A DNA stretch of 64,000 bases from positions 496,001 to 560,000 of the forward strand of contig CM074814.1 in assembly GCA_037447605.1 (NCBI GenBank), in the 5' to 3' direction. Below the pieces are notes generated by a model that worked only from the letters and a program-made list of their open reading frames with translations, searched no databases and was not told where the DNA came from. The stretch is from Zygnema circumcarinatum SAG 698-1b. Taxonomy: Eukaryota > Plantae > Zygnematophyceae. Made by a program: the position numbers and the translations under genes. Positions 40,729 to 53,097 of this stretch are shown piece by piece. The first letter of the stretch is position 1. Every line of letters starts with the position of its first letter.

Positions 40729-43700
40729 CATGCATGCGCTGACGGGGCCTGCCCATGCCTGCTGCTGCTGCTGCTGCAGACGATGCTGGCGGTGCCCGTG
40801 GCAGGAGGAGTCGTGCAGTTGGCATCCATCAAACTCGTGAGCATCTTCTTCCTCATCGTTATAATAATGTCAACTGGTAGTGTTTATTGTGCTGGTTTCA
40901 TGTTAACGCTATTGTTGATGTTCAATGTAAACCGATTCTTATGCAACAGTATTCAACTCTCAAATTCGCCATCAAGAAATTTTATTGTTTTCTGTACAAA
41001 TGCTGATTGCTGATAAACAACAAACACATAAGTTTTTTGAAATATTTTTCCTTTGCTTTTTTAATGTCCTCCTTTGCAGATCCTTGAAGATCAGACCACC
41101 ATCAACGACATTCAGCTGCAGTTCGATGCGCTTCAGAAGCTTCCAGGCGTCTTCCTCCCTGACTTCATTCCTGAAAGCAACTCCACCTCCTCCCTCGGAG
41201 CCCGCTCCTTCTCCTCTCCCTCTCCCTCTCTCTCTCCCTCTCCCTCCCTCACCAACTCCGCCGCAACCATGGCTGCCGCAGCCGCCGCCGCAGCCGCATC
41301 CATGGCTTCCTCCCGACCTCCTCCCTCTCCCTCCTACTCCCTCCTCTCACAAATCCACCGCTCTCTCTCCCAACCTCCCTCCCCTCTCTACCACAGAGAG
41401 CCTCCCCCTGTCGGCCCCTCCCCTCTCTCCCTCTCCCACTCCTCCGCCTCTCTCATCGATGGCAACATTTTCCCAACCCATGACTCTCCCTTCTCCTCCG
41501 ACCTCCAAACCCTAGCTGCCATCCTTCGGGGACATGGAAGCGTCGACTTCAACGGAAACGCCAACTGCAACGGAAACGGAAACGGAAACGGAAGGAACGG
41601 ACGCACATGGAACCCCCCTCCCCCTCTCCCTACTCACCAGCTTCTCCGAACTCGCTCTGCTTCCGCGGCCGAACTTTTTGCCTCCGAGGGAAGGAGGGCT
41701 CCTTTCTCTCTCAATGGAGGAATGGGAGTGGGAGGGGGAGTGGGAGGGGGAATGAGAGGGGGATGTCGGTCTCCCTTCTCCTCTCCCGACAGCTGCGTGA
41801 CCTCATCAGCCAATCAGAGCTCGCCACCTGGCAGACATCCGGCTCTAAAGAGACGCCTGGAGGGAGCGGGAGAGGCTCCTCCTCCCGCCATGGCTCCGCA
41901 GGAGGCGGCGAGCATTGCAAAATTAGGGTTAGCCATGGCGCCCTTCTCGGCTTCAGAAGAGGAGCAGAAAGCTGCAGAATTTCAATTCAAACTTCTTTCC
42001 GGGAAATCTGATCCAAATATTTTTTCTGCAGCAGCTGCAGCTAAGCTGGCAGGGCTCTCTCCCACCCGCTCTCCCGGTCGCTCCCACCCTCCCTCTCTCC
42101 CTCCCTCTCTCCCTCCCTCTCTCCCTCCCTCCCGACCGGAGAGCCCCTACAGAGTTGCCATGGCTTCCTCGTCAGACTCCCCTGAAAACGGAGCACGGAA
42201 ACGGCTCGCCATGGAACTGCCGTTGTCGATAACGGAGATGCCGTCCTTCCCGGGCTCTGTGGAGAGCCTATTGGTGGAGAATGGGAGGGAGAGGGAGAGG
42301 GAGAGGGAGAGGGAGAAGGAGAGGGAGAGGGAGAGGGAGAGGGAGGGGTCTCCCAAGGAGGAGGAGTTCGAGGCAGCCATGGCCTTCGCACCAGCAGACG
42401 CTTCGTCTCCTTCTGGGCAACGGAATCCGTTGAACAGAACGGATTCCGTCACCGTTGCACCCGTTTCTGGTACACAGGAGCAGCTTCTGAAGCTCCTTCA
42501 AGTGAGTCTTTACGGAGGGAAGGAGGGAGGTCAACGGATTCCGTTAAATGGAAAAATAACTGAAGAAAAATCGCCTATTGATGACACGGAAAGCCTCCTT
42601 CTTCAGCATCAGCAAGAGCAGATTCAGTCACTGGATGTGAAGGAGGAGGGAGGGAGAGGAGGAGAGAGAGAGGGAGAAACTGCCTCTCCTCCTCTCTCTC
42701 TCTCTCACATTCACCAGCACCTCCAGCTTCCAAGAATCAACACTATTCCTAGCCATACCGCTTCTCCCACAATCTCTAAGGAGGAGAAGGAGCAGGAGAG
42801 AGCCTCCTCTCTCCCACCCTTGGGAGCTCACTCTCCCTCCTCTCCCGCTGACTCCCACTCCTCCCTCCCTTGGTCTCTCTCTCTCGCTCTCTCTCCCACT
42901 TCTTCCGCACCCATTGAAGCTGCTCTCTTAGAGCAATTGAGGAGATTAGAAGACTCTCAGAAAACCGGATTTCTCTCTCCCTCTCAAATAGAAGCACAAG
43001 CTCAGGAATTGCAGGCTCGGGCCGTAGATATGGGGCTCATTTTAGGGTCGGGAGAGGGGAGGGAGAGGGAGGGAGAGAGGGGAGGAGGAGGGAGAGAGGG
43101 AGGAAGAGAGGGAGAGGTGGAGGATATGGCTTGGAGTAACGGAGAGTTGGAAACTCCAATGAAGGGAGAGAGTTCAGTGGAGATGGAGCCTAAGTTTGGG
43201 GATTCGCCAACGGAGGCTCGAGGGGAGGCCGAGAATATGCAGGTGAGGGGAGAGAGAGGGAGAGAGGGAGAGAGGGGAGAGAGAGAGGGAGAGGGTGAGG
43301 GAGAGGGAGAGGGAGAGGGGGAGGGTGGCTCAGTTGTGTTGGAAATTTTGGGAATCAGGAGGGTTTGGTTTGAATGTTTTGGAGGGGGGGGAGACGGAGG
43401 AGAGGGGGTGGGGGAAGAAAAAGGTGGGTGAAAAGGGTGAGAGGTAGAGAGAGGGAAAGAAAGTAGAGGAAAAAGACGAGAAGAGGGAGAGGGGGAGTGA
43501 GATGGAGTGGAAGAGAGAGAGCGAGGGAGTCGGAGAGGGAGTGGGAGAGGGATAGGGTTAGAGGGAAAGACCGAAACAGAGAGAGGAGAGTCTTTCCGCA
43601 AATTGGAAGGAAGCAGCCCCTTGTTCTTCTCCTTTTGTTCTTAAAGTTGGGGGGCTCCATGTGTGTGTGCAGGTCGGAACGGAAGCGTTTAACGGAACAG

Positions 43701-44157
43701 CACGGAACGGCAACTACATGGACGACTTCGACTCGTTTTTCGATGAGCTCGACTTAGGAGTGCCTCTCCCGTCCCCGCGGGAGAGGGGGAGAGAGAGAGA
43801 GAAAGAGGGAGAGAGAGAGGGAGCGGGAGGGGAGAGGCTCTCCCTCAGAGAGCAGATTCAGACTCTGCGGAACATTGTTCCCGGAGCGGCAAATGTAAGT
43901 ATAATAAAACAATTAATAGTTGAACATTTAGTTTCTTTTAAATAACTAAGCTAAGTTTGTAAGAATGCATACGACTGTTTCGTTTTTTGCCCTTCTTTAG
44001 TATTTTGATTCATTAAGTTTGATGTTTTTTTTTTTTTGGTTTTTTTTTTTTTTTCCAGAGCGATTTGGCGGCCCTCCTTCAGCAGACCGTTCAGTACATC
44101 TCTCAGAGGCATCATCACGGAGAGGCCGCCGCCGTTCCGTCCTACGGAACTAGATGA
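37469..44157 (+). CDS. LHW: LONESOME HIGHWAY (LHW)-like protein: N-terminal bHLH-MYC_N (GAF-like) domain plus C-terminal atypical HLH; 8 exons
   Basis: Exons 37469-37581, 38698-38907, 40236-40323, 40590-40631, 40780-40836, 41080-43242, 43673-43894, 44059-44157. Motifs LRDLCAHGGWTYAIFW, VLVWED, YQVYNYGEGLLGMVA, HFSAGIETMLAVPVAGGVVQLAS, IQTLRNIVPGAAN|SDLAALLQQTVQYI. A GTGAGT at 42501 may mark an extra in-frame intron. Confidence 0.85.
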
Positions 44158-47100
44158 TCACATGGAACGGGTCACCGGAAAATTTGAGTGGGTAAGTAAT
44201 GAAAGGAAAAGTGGGATGTGGGTGCAGAGATCTCTCTCTCTCTCTCTCTCTCTTGCGCGCTCTCGCTCTCTCTCTCTCCCTCTCACTTTCTTTCTCTCTC
44301 TCGTATCTCTGTGTCTCTGCCTCTGTCTCTATCTCTCTCTTTCTCTCTTCCTCCCTCTCTGTCTCCCTCTCTCTTTCTCTCTCGCTCTCTCTTTCTCTCC
44401 TTCTCGAACACTAGCTGCCTCTCCCGCTCTCACTCGTCTACTCTCGTACTTTCTATCCCTCTTTCTCTGTCCTCCCACTGTTTTCTGTCTTCCCTCTCTC
44501 TCCCCCACTTCTGTCTCTTTCTCTGTCTCCCTCTCCCTCTACCTCTCCCTCTCCCTCTCCTCTCTCCCTCTCCCACTCCAACTCCCACTCCCACTCCTCT
44601 CCCCTCGTCAATTCAATGCTCCACCTTCCAATTTCTGACGCGCCTCTCTCCTCTTTCCCTCCCTCTCTCCCTCCCTCCCTCCCTCCCTCCTCCCTCTGAC
44701 AGGAACCCCTCAAAAATAAATACCTCCTGCTTCCAAATATTTTGAGGAGCGGAAATATATTTTCTCGGGGAGGACACGATCGCGGCAAAAAAATTTCGAC
44801 CTCGTGACCGCATTTTTCTCACTCTCTCGCATTCTCAAATATAAACTCTGAAATTTCTGCCAAGAGATTACAGTTCAGACTGAAGGGCCTTTACGAGAGA
44901 GAAAGGGGTCCAAAGTAGTAATATTTTTCCCCATTTAGTGACGTTTAGTTCGATTCGTATGGCGGCATTTTTTGGGGGGGGGGGTACCTTATTTATTTAT
45001 TTTGGGTAGCGTTTTGTACAATCTAATGAGGGGTAAAAAATCTCAAAAACAAAAAAAAAACCTGTGTGTCATTTCTTTCGTTCTTTCTTTTCTAAAGCGA
45101 ATTTAGAGGCAGCGTGCAGCGACAAGTAAAGTCAGGCCTTTTTTTTTGGTTTGTGAAACATTGTAAAATTTAAAAAACATTTTTAGTAAAAAATTCTTAA
45201 TTTTTCATTGATGAAGTTGTGCTTGTGCTTGCGCCGCCGATAGGGGCGAAGCGGGAGATGGGTTGTGGGGGCTCCTTTTTCAAGGTTCCCGCTATTTCGT
45301 TTCAAACAGTTCACCTCAGTTGTGGGAGGGCGGCAGCGGGGAGGGAGAGTTAGGGAGAGGGGGAAGGGGAGGGGGAGGGAGAGGGGGAGGGGAAGAGGGG
45401 GAGATGGGGAGAGAGGGNNNNNNNNNNGGAGAGGAGGTGAGGGGGAAAAGGGGTGAGGGGGAGAGGGGGAGAGGGGGAGAGAAGACGAGGGGGAGAGGGG
45501 GAGCGACAAAGAGGGGGAGAGGGGGAGGGAGAGGACGAGGGAGAGGACGAGAGTGTGAGGGAGAGGGAGGGGTTCAACGGGTTCCATGCGATCCGAAAAT
45601 GCTGTACACGCAACCTTAATTAGGGACTCCCCCCCCCCAACGGAACCTCGTGGGACCGCTCCACTCACATGGAAACGCCGTACACCTTATTAAATGTTGT
45701 ACGATACCATCATTACCCTTTTTACATGCCAGTGTGTTTTGTCGTCTTCGTTGAGTTGTCATTTTCGATGTATGTTTTGTCATCTTCCTAGTGTGTTTTG
45801 TCGTCGTCTTTGTGTGTTTTGTCGTCTTAGTTTGTGTTATGTCGTTTTCCTCGCACAGTGAGAATTCAACTGTACCTCCACACGGCATCCGACCGCCTTC
45901 ACAGTATCCATCCGTACAGTTTGTCCTTTATTTTGTAGAGATTTGTCCATACACCATACAGGCTGGCACGCTCCAACCACCGTAACGGTAAAAAGTACAC
46001 TTTTGTGCCACGTGGCGGAACGTCATTGGATTTAACTGACAATGACGGTGGGGACTCATGGGGTTACCCAGTGACCGTACGGACCCTTTGGGAGGGTCAC
46101 GCAGGGACCGCAGAGGCGGTGAGGCGGTACCAATCGTACGGTAAGATCCCGAATTTCAGGGGGCAGGGCGGTAAAGCGACGTACGAATCCGTACAGCGGG
46201 GGGACCAAAAGTGCGCGCCCGTCGGGCCGGGGGGGGGGTGGCTTACAAAGCGAGTACGGTGAGGGAGTGAGGGCGAGAGACGGAGAGGGGGAGGGAAGGG
46301 GAGAAGGGAGAGAGAGAGTGCCAAAAGGGAGAGGGAGAGGGAGAGGGAGGGAGAGATTTAAGGGAAGGAGGGATTTAGAAAGGGAGAAAGAGAAGTGCAA
46401 AGGGAGAGGGAGAGGGAGAGGGAGGGAGAGAGGGAAGGGGAGGAGGGAGGGAGAGAGGGAGAGAGGGGAANNNNNNNNNNAGAGGGAGAGGGAGAGGGAG
46501 AGGGAGAGGGAGAGGGAGAGGGAGGGAGAGAGAGGGGAGGGTAGAAGTGTAGGGGGGCAGTGCGAGAGGGGCAGAGGTGGAGAGGGAGCGAGAGAGGCGG
46601 AGGGAGTGTGAATCATACAGGTGCGGGTGCTTTCTCTCTCTCTTTCCATCTCTGTCTCTCTCTCTCGCTCTCATGCACGCTCTCTCTCTTCCTCTCTATC
46701 TGTACCGCGCGCTCCCTTCTATCCCTCTCAATCCTCCCTCTCCGCTCACCTTTTCGACCCCTTTCCTTCCGCACTCCCACTCGCTCTCCTGTCTCTCTCT
46801 CTCTCTCTTTAGCACTCTCTCTTTCTTTTCAAATTTCCTCGTTTCTTCCTTTTATCTCTCCCTCCTCTCTCCCAACTATCGTTTTTCCTCTCTCTCGCTC
46901 CCGCTTTTTCTACTCTCCTCGCCATCCCATCTCTTGCTCTCTCCACCTCTCCTCTCCCTCTCCCTTTCCTTCTCCCTCTCCCTCTCCCTCTCCCTCTCCC
47001 TCTCCCTCTCCCTTTTTCCGACAGTCTTGACCTCCAACTTTTTGCAATCTCTCAGCTGCAGCTTCATGAATCTTTTCCAATTTCTGTATTTGAATACTCT

Positions 47101-47408
47101 TCATAACTAAATTAAATGAAAAGTATTTGGGAGGGGAAGGGGAAGGGGGAGGGGGAATGAGATGGAAACTTGTGTTCTCTCTCTCCCTATCTCCATCTCT
47201 CTCTCACTCTCGTTCCCCGCTTGCTCTCTGTCATATGCACCACTTTGTCTACCCTTGTCCTTTCTCTTTCCTTCCTTACGTCTCTCTATACCTCTATCAC
47301 TCTCTCTCCCCTCTACCACTACATTTCTCCCTCTCCACTCTCCCCTCCCTCTCCCCTTCGCTGACCCTCCCCTCCCTCCCCCCACCCCCCTCCCCATTTC
47401 ACAGTACC

Positions 47409-47618
47409 ATGTCGGTATATGTATTTTCGCCTTCAAGAAGCCCCCCCACCTAATTCAACACTCTCTACGTCAATCAGTGGCAGTGAGACATTCTTCAGTA
47501 TTGGGAGTGGTAGTGAAGGAGATAACTCAGAGAGGGAGAGAAGGAGGGTTCAATCTACTTCGAGACAAGGAGTCAAAACCAAGGTGGCATTTGGATCGAA
47601 ATTCGACTAATGCGATAA
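47409..47618 (+). promoter_or_regulatory. Cluster of three ATG-initiated upstream ORFs before the short LHW-like gene
   Basis: 47409-47453 (MSVYVFSPSRSPPT*), 47419-47610 (MYFRLQE...63 aa) and 47610-47618 (MR*). All lie after a good acceptor at 47404 and before main ATG 47671. Confidence 0.5.
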
Positions 47619-47670
47619 ATTCGTTTAATCCGATTATTCGATTAATCTGTTTAATTCGACAAATTCGACT

Positions 47671-49719
47671 ATGAATATGGCGCAAATGTATGACCTTACA
47701 TCATCATCTCCTTCAAATCAGGAATTGGGTCGATCTCTCGAGTCTCCTCCTTCGGGGGTTGATTTTGATCACCAATTAATGAGGGATTTCTATGAGCAGG
47801 ATTTTCCGTCTCCGTTACAGTTCCCCCCAACAGGTAGCCTCCGTAGGCGCTCCCTCCAGGAAGACTCCGTTGGTCACTTCATGGAAACAGTTACAACGAG
47901 GATGGCTCCGTTTCAGTTTCCATCACAACTCTCAGTTTCACCACATGGAACGCTCGTGAGAGGAGAGACCCCCACTTTGCCTTCCGTTCCGTTCTACGGA
48001 ACGCTCGGAAGAACTGGGAGTCTCCCAACTCGGTTTCCATGCACAGACTTCGATTTTCCGTTATACGGAACTAGAACCAGTTCCATGTTCCCCCAGACTT
48101 CCCATTCAGGAACAAGCAGCCCCTTTAGTAGTGTTACAGACTGTCACTCCGATCAGAACCTTCTAGAAGGTTCTAGAAGGGAAGATTCTCTCCTCCGTCT
48201 AATCGAACAGAGAGCGCGAATTCAGCAGCTGCAAGGGGACAGGCAGGGGAGGGAGGGTTCAGGAATCAGTAGGGATTTGACGCGGGGTTTAAGGCCGGAG
48301 GGGAGAGGCTTAAACCCTGAACCCTGCCCGCCGAGCCCCTCCCTTTGCTCCCCCTCTCTCGTGAAGAGTGCGAGCGCGGGGAGGCAGTGTGCGACCACTC
48401 TCGACACCATCGCTGCTGCATTGAGGAGGTCGGCAGGGGAGGGAGGGGGGGCGAGAGGAGGTCTAACATTGGTGAGGTTTCCATCCCCCTCCTCTCTCTC
48501 ACCTCCCTCCTACCCCCCCTCCCCCTCCCCCTTCCACCCTGCCCCTCCCCACCTNNNNNNNNNNTTTTTTTTTTTTTTTTTTTTTTTTTTCTTTTTTCCC
48601 TCTTTTTCTCTCTCTCCAGGATGTGTTTCTCCAGGAGGAAACGCCGCCCATTTTGAAGGTCAGAGATGGTCAGTTGAAGAGTTCAGAGACCAGCCCACAG
48701 CAGTTCGTAGTCATAGAGGACGCACATAAGCAAGGAGAGAGGGAGAGGGAGAGCGAGAGGGAGAGATGGAGGGAGAGAGAGTCGGAAAGTGAGGGAGGAC
48801 AACTGAGTGAGCTCTCCGATCTCCCTTCTCCCGGGCTTCCTTCTTCCACATTTCCTCTCCCAAGCCCTTTAGGGACAAGCCTTCATAATATTTTCCGCTC
48901 TAGCCCTCTAAATTTTGAAAATAAGCCGCTGGACAATGTCTCCGTTCCGTTGTCTACACCTGAAGACAGTACCATGGATTGGCAGGCGGAGGGGGAGAGA
49001 GAGAGAGAGAGATTGGCGGAGGGGGAGCTGAGGGAGGACATGAGGATACTCCCCAGTGATGTAGGGGCGGAGAGAGGGAGAGAGACGCAGAAAGAGTGGA
49101 ACAGGGAGAGAGAGAGGGGGAGGGAGACGAACGAGCAGGAGCTTCTTGAGAACGAGGAGGCGGAGAGGGAGAGGGAGTGGGAGATGTTTTTCGCACATGT
49201 GGAGTCGGAGATTGAGGGGCGAGGTACTGATTCTGGGGGAGGCAGAAGCGATGGAGAGGGCTTTCAAAAGTGTCTGCAGGAGCTGAGAGTACTCATTCCG
49301 GGCAGCTCCAAGGTCGGATGGAAAACCCTAAAAAATCTCTCTCCTAAATCCACTCTCTTCCCTCGCTCCTTCCGCTTCTCCCTCCCTCTCTCCTTGCTCT
49401 TCCTTGGCCCTCTCTCTTCTTCTCCCACCCTCGCTCCTTTCTTTGTTCCCTCCTTCCCTCCTTCCTCTTCTCTCTCCTCCCTCCCTCGGTTCTCGTCTTC
49501 CTCCCGCCCTCCCTCCCTTCTTCCACTTTCTCCCCCTCTCGTCCTCTTCTCCCTCCACTCTTCTCTCTCCCTTCCTCTTTTCCTTCAAACTGAAACTGAA
49601 ACTGAAACTACAACGGTGCCCTGCAGTGCCATGTTCCGGAGCTTCTGGAGCGAACCATAACTTATGTTCGCTCTCTCCGTCAGGGAGAGGGGCCTCCCTC
49701 CCTCCCCCCCCGGAACTGA
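47671..49719 (+). CDS. Short LHW-like HLH protein lacking the MYC_N domain; 3 coding exons
   Basis: Exons 47671-48471, 48620-49312, 49627-49719 (all phase 0). It ends FQKCLQELRVLIPGSSK|CHVPELLERTITYVRSLR, matching the LHW-type ELREIVPNGAK|CSIDALLERTI, with the intron at the same loop position as in the upstream gene. Confidence 0.75.
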
Positions 49720-50726
49720 TCTCATACTGTAACCAAACAAAGTGAGGATATCCCCTTTCTGTCCTTCCCCTCCTCCCTTTCCTCCCATTTTTTTATGGTA
49801 GAAATTTGCCCTCAACATCTTCTATTCGTACTCTTCTGGCTCTTCTCTTCTTTAAATTTTCTTTCCTTTTTTTTTGTTTCGTTTGAAGGGTCTGAAAAGT
49901 GGAGATTTAAGGAGAGGAAGAAAGGTTGCTGCTTTTTTTGCAGAGCAGGTGACCAGGCGATTCTATGCTGAACGGAGAACGGACCATTTTGGAAATTTTG
50001 TGCCATCAATTGAATGTAGTTTGAGCTGTATCTTTGAAAAAAAGGAAAATGTAAAGTGGAGGTGGAGGGGGTGGTGTCTTATTGCTCAATTGCTTGTACT
50101 TATGCTTCTGTTTCTATGTCTGTTTTACAATCCAGTTCAGTCCCAGTTACAGTTGCAACCCCCAGTGAGCATTCCAGTCATACAAGCTGTGAATACTTGA
50201 ACGATGCACAGGACAAGGGATGGCCTTGAACCCTAGTAAACCCTAATATTTTGGAACCCTAAACCCTAAGTAAGCGAAATAGGAAGTAAGGACGAGACCT
50301 CTGGTTACCGAGCTCATAAAAAAATTCGAATTGGGTGCTATCTGTGCAATGCATGTTCATGTCGTTTGTATTTCTGCGTTACTTCTTTCAGTTCAAGACT
50401 CAGTTTCAAGTTCAATTCTCGAGTGCACCGATCAGAGCAAAGCTGCCACCATTTAGGTTATTAAAAAATTAAAGATTTAGGGCAAGAAATATGCTTCATC
50501 TCGTGATAAGACTCATCCCTCAAGAGGGGCATCCAATCCCCCCCACAGCTCAATGACCATCCCCCTCTATATGGTACATGGTCGATGGCATGGTATGGCA
50601 TGGCCCCATGGCATAAACCCTATTTCCATGCCGCCCATTTGAATGCATGGGTTGCCATGTATGATGATGGCGATCAGAATGACGCCATCGCTGAGGAGGA
50701 TGATGATACTGATGTGCTTGGTGACG

Positions 50727-53060
50727 TCACGCGCTATAATACAGCCGCCTTATGTCGTCTAGTGACGCTTGAGCCAATGTGATGGGGCATCGGCCATTCT
50801 GCATGCAGCCATGCATGGGGTTCAGAACACATACTTTAGTTTAAAAAATTGCTGTTATCTCCTAAGCCCAGAGCCCTAAACCCTAACAAACAAGCAGTAC
50901 CTTGAGCCCTTAATGAGAACAATGACTCCAACCTTAGGCCTGACCCTGTAACCTCTAAAGTAGCCCTAACCCTAATTCCAATCTGAACCCTGACCCTAAA
51001 TCTAATACTAAACCCAACTCTAAGCCTAAACCTAAACCCCAACCCCAACCCTATCCGATCCTTGATCAACCCTAAGCCAATTGACTAACCTTACCCCCAA
51101 CCCTAACCCTAACATGAACCCCAATCCCGCCCTAACCCTAACGATTAACCCTAACCTTATCCCCAAGCAAATCTTAAACCAAGTACTACCTTAAACCCCA
51201 ACCAGAACAAGAACAGTAACCTCAACCCCAACCCTAACTCTAACCCTAACTTCAACCTTAACCCTAACCCTAACTTCAATCCCTACCCTACCCCTAATTT
51301 CGGCCCTTACCCTAACCTTAGCCCTCTACTTCTAACCCAACCTTACCTCCAACATGACTCAAACAAAACCAAATTACCTCTTCAATGTACGAGTGAATGC
51401 AGGGATAGCAGAAAGCAAAACCGGAGACAGCTGGCATTGCCGGATTGGTCCGTGGCTTTAAGCAGAGAGGGCAAAGCTGACGGTTACTAGGGAGAGGCAA
51501 ACCTCCAGGTGCCACCTGTCACATATTGATAGGGCAATGCAATCCCCTATAAGGAGTTTTCTTAAACAAAAATTTCTCCTTCTTAAAGAAAGGAATGTTG
51601 TTGAGAAAAAGAACGTTTTCCATAGGCATCTTAAAGATCAAAAAAGGGGGTAAAAGGTGGATATGAAGTGATACGAATTCTGATGTTAGACCGGTTGAAA
51701 AGTTGAGTTGTATTTCTCTTCTTTTCTACTGAAACAGGAAGGAGGGGAATGAGAGGTAGAGAGAGGAGAGACCTTGGGTTGGGGCGGAGGGGGAGGTGGA
51801 GGGTAGAGAGCGGGAGAGGTGATGCGCTGCTCTCCCGACTGATACCACCATTCAAGCATCTGCTCACACAGGGAGAGAGAGAGAGGGAGAGGGAGGCAAG
51901 GTGAGAGGGAGGAGGAGAGGGATGCTGGGCGAGGGGGAGGGAGGGAGGGAGGGAAAGACGAGGGAAGGAGAGGGGGAGGCAAAGGGAGGAATGGCTGGGA
52001 AAGGGAAGGGGAAGGGTGAAGGTAGGTGGATAGCAGGGAGACAGGAGAGAGGGAGGGAGGGAGGGTGGGAGGGAGGGAGAGAAGGAAGGGGAGGGAGAAT
52101 TGCTGAAGGGAAGGAGGGAGGGAGGGTAAAGAAAAAGGAGAAGGATACAACTCCAAGAAACTCTTTCGGAAAAGGCCACTGGAAAACCAGAAATTTTGTC
52201 CAATTATACAAAAAAGAATGATGATATCTGAAAGGTAGAAAGGAGAAGGAAAGAGAATCTGAATCCCACTTTGAATATGAAAACAGCCCCCACAAGGCCC
52301 GTTTGGGCGCAGTCCATCGCCGCATAGACAGCCTTCAAAAGGGTCCGCTCTACGGCCTGAAATTTCAACAGCCCAAAAAGGACATGTGGTGGGAAAATAA
52401 TAACAAACCTGGGCCTTGAATCAACAAACATTTCTAAGAGCCAAAATAGGCCGTACGAAAGGGAGTAGCTTCCTGTGAATAGTGAAGACAAGCCTCCTCT
52501 TTTTCCTCTTTTTTTTTTTATTTTCTTCTTTTCAAGATTTTCAGCACTTCTGAACTTCCTCGAATTCTTAACATCATATATGTATTTTACAGTTTTTTTA
52601 TTTTTTTTTATTTTAACTTTTTTAGACTTTTTTACTGACCTGCACAACCGGAGGCCCGGGCAGCCGGGAAAATTCCCTCGCTCTTCTCTCTTCCACTCGC
52701 TTTAATCCGTCCGTCTGCTTGAAGGGCAAAAAAAAGTTATCCAACAAAGTAGACGAAGGGAAAGAAAAAGGAAAGAAAATACGAAAGAAAAGGATTTAGT
52801 CTTCAATTTCGAATCGCTCGTGAGAAGTAACGATCCCTCCTGGTTCTGTCTAAGATCTACAGTCCCAAGCTATAGGAGTGAGAGAGGGAGGGGAAGGGGG
52901 AGGAGGGAGAGGGGGGAGGCCATAGGGAGAGAAAGAAGAGAGGGGGGAAGAGATGGAGGAGAGAGCGGGAGAGAGAGCGGGAGTGGAGTGGACGATGGAA
53001 GGAAGGAAAAGCCGAGAGCGGTGAGTCGAGGAATAGAGAGCAACGTGAGGAAAGAGAAAG

Positions 53061-53097
<37 letters not shown>

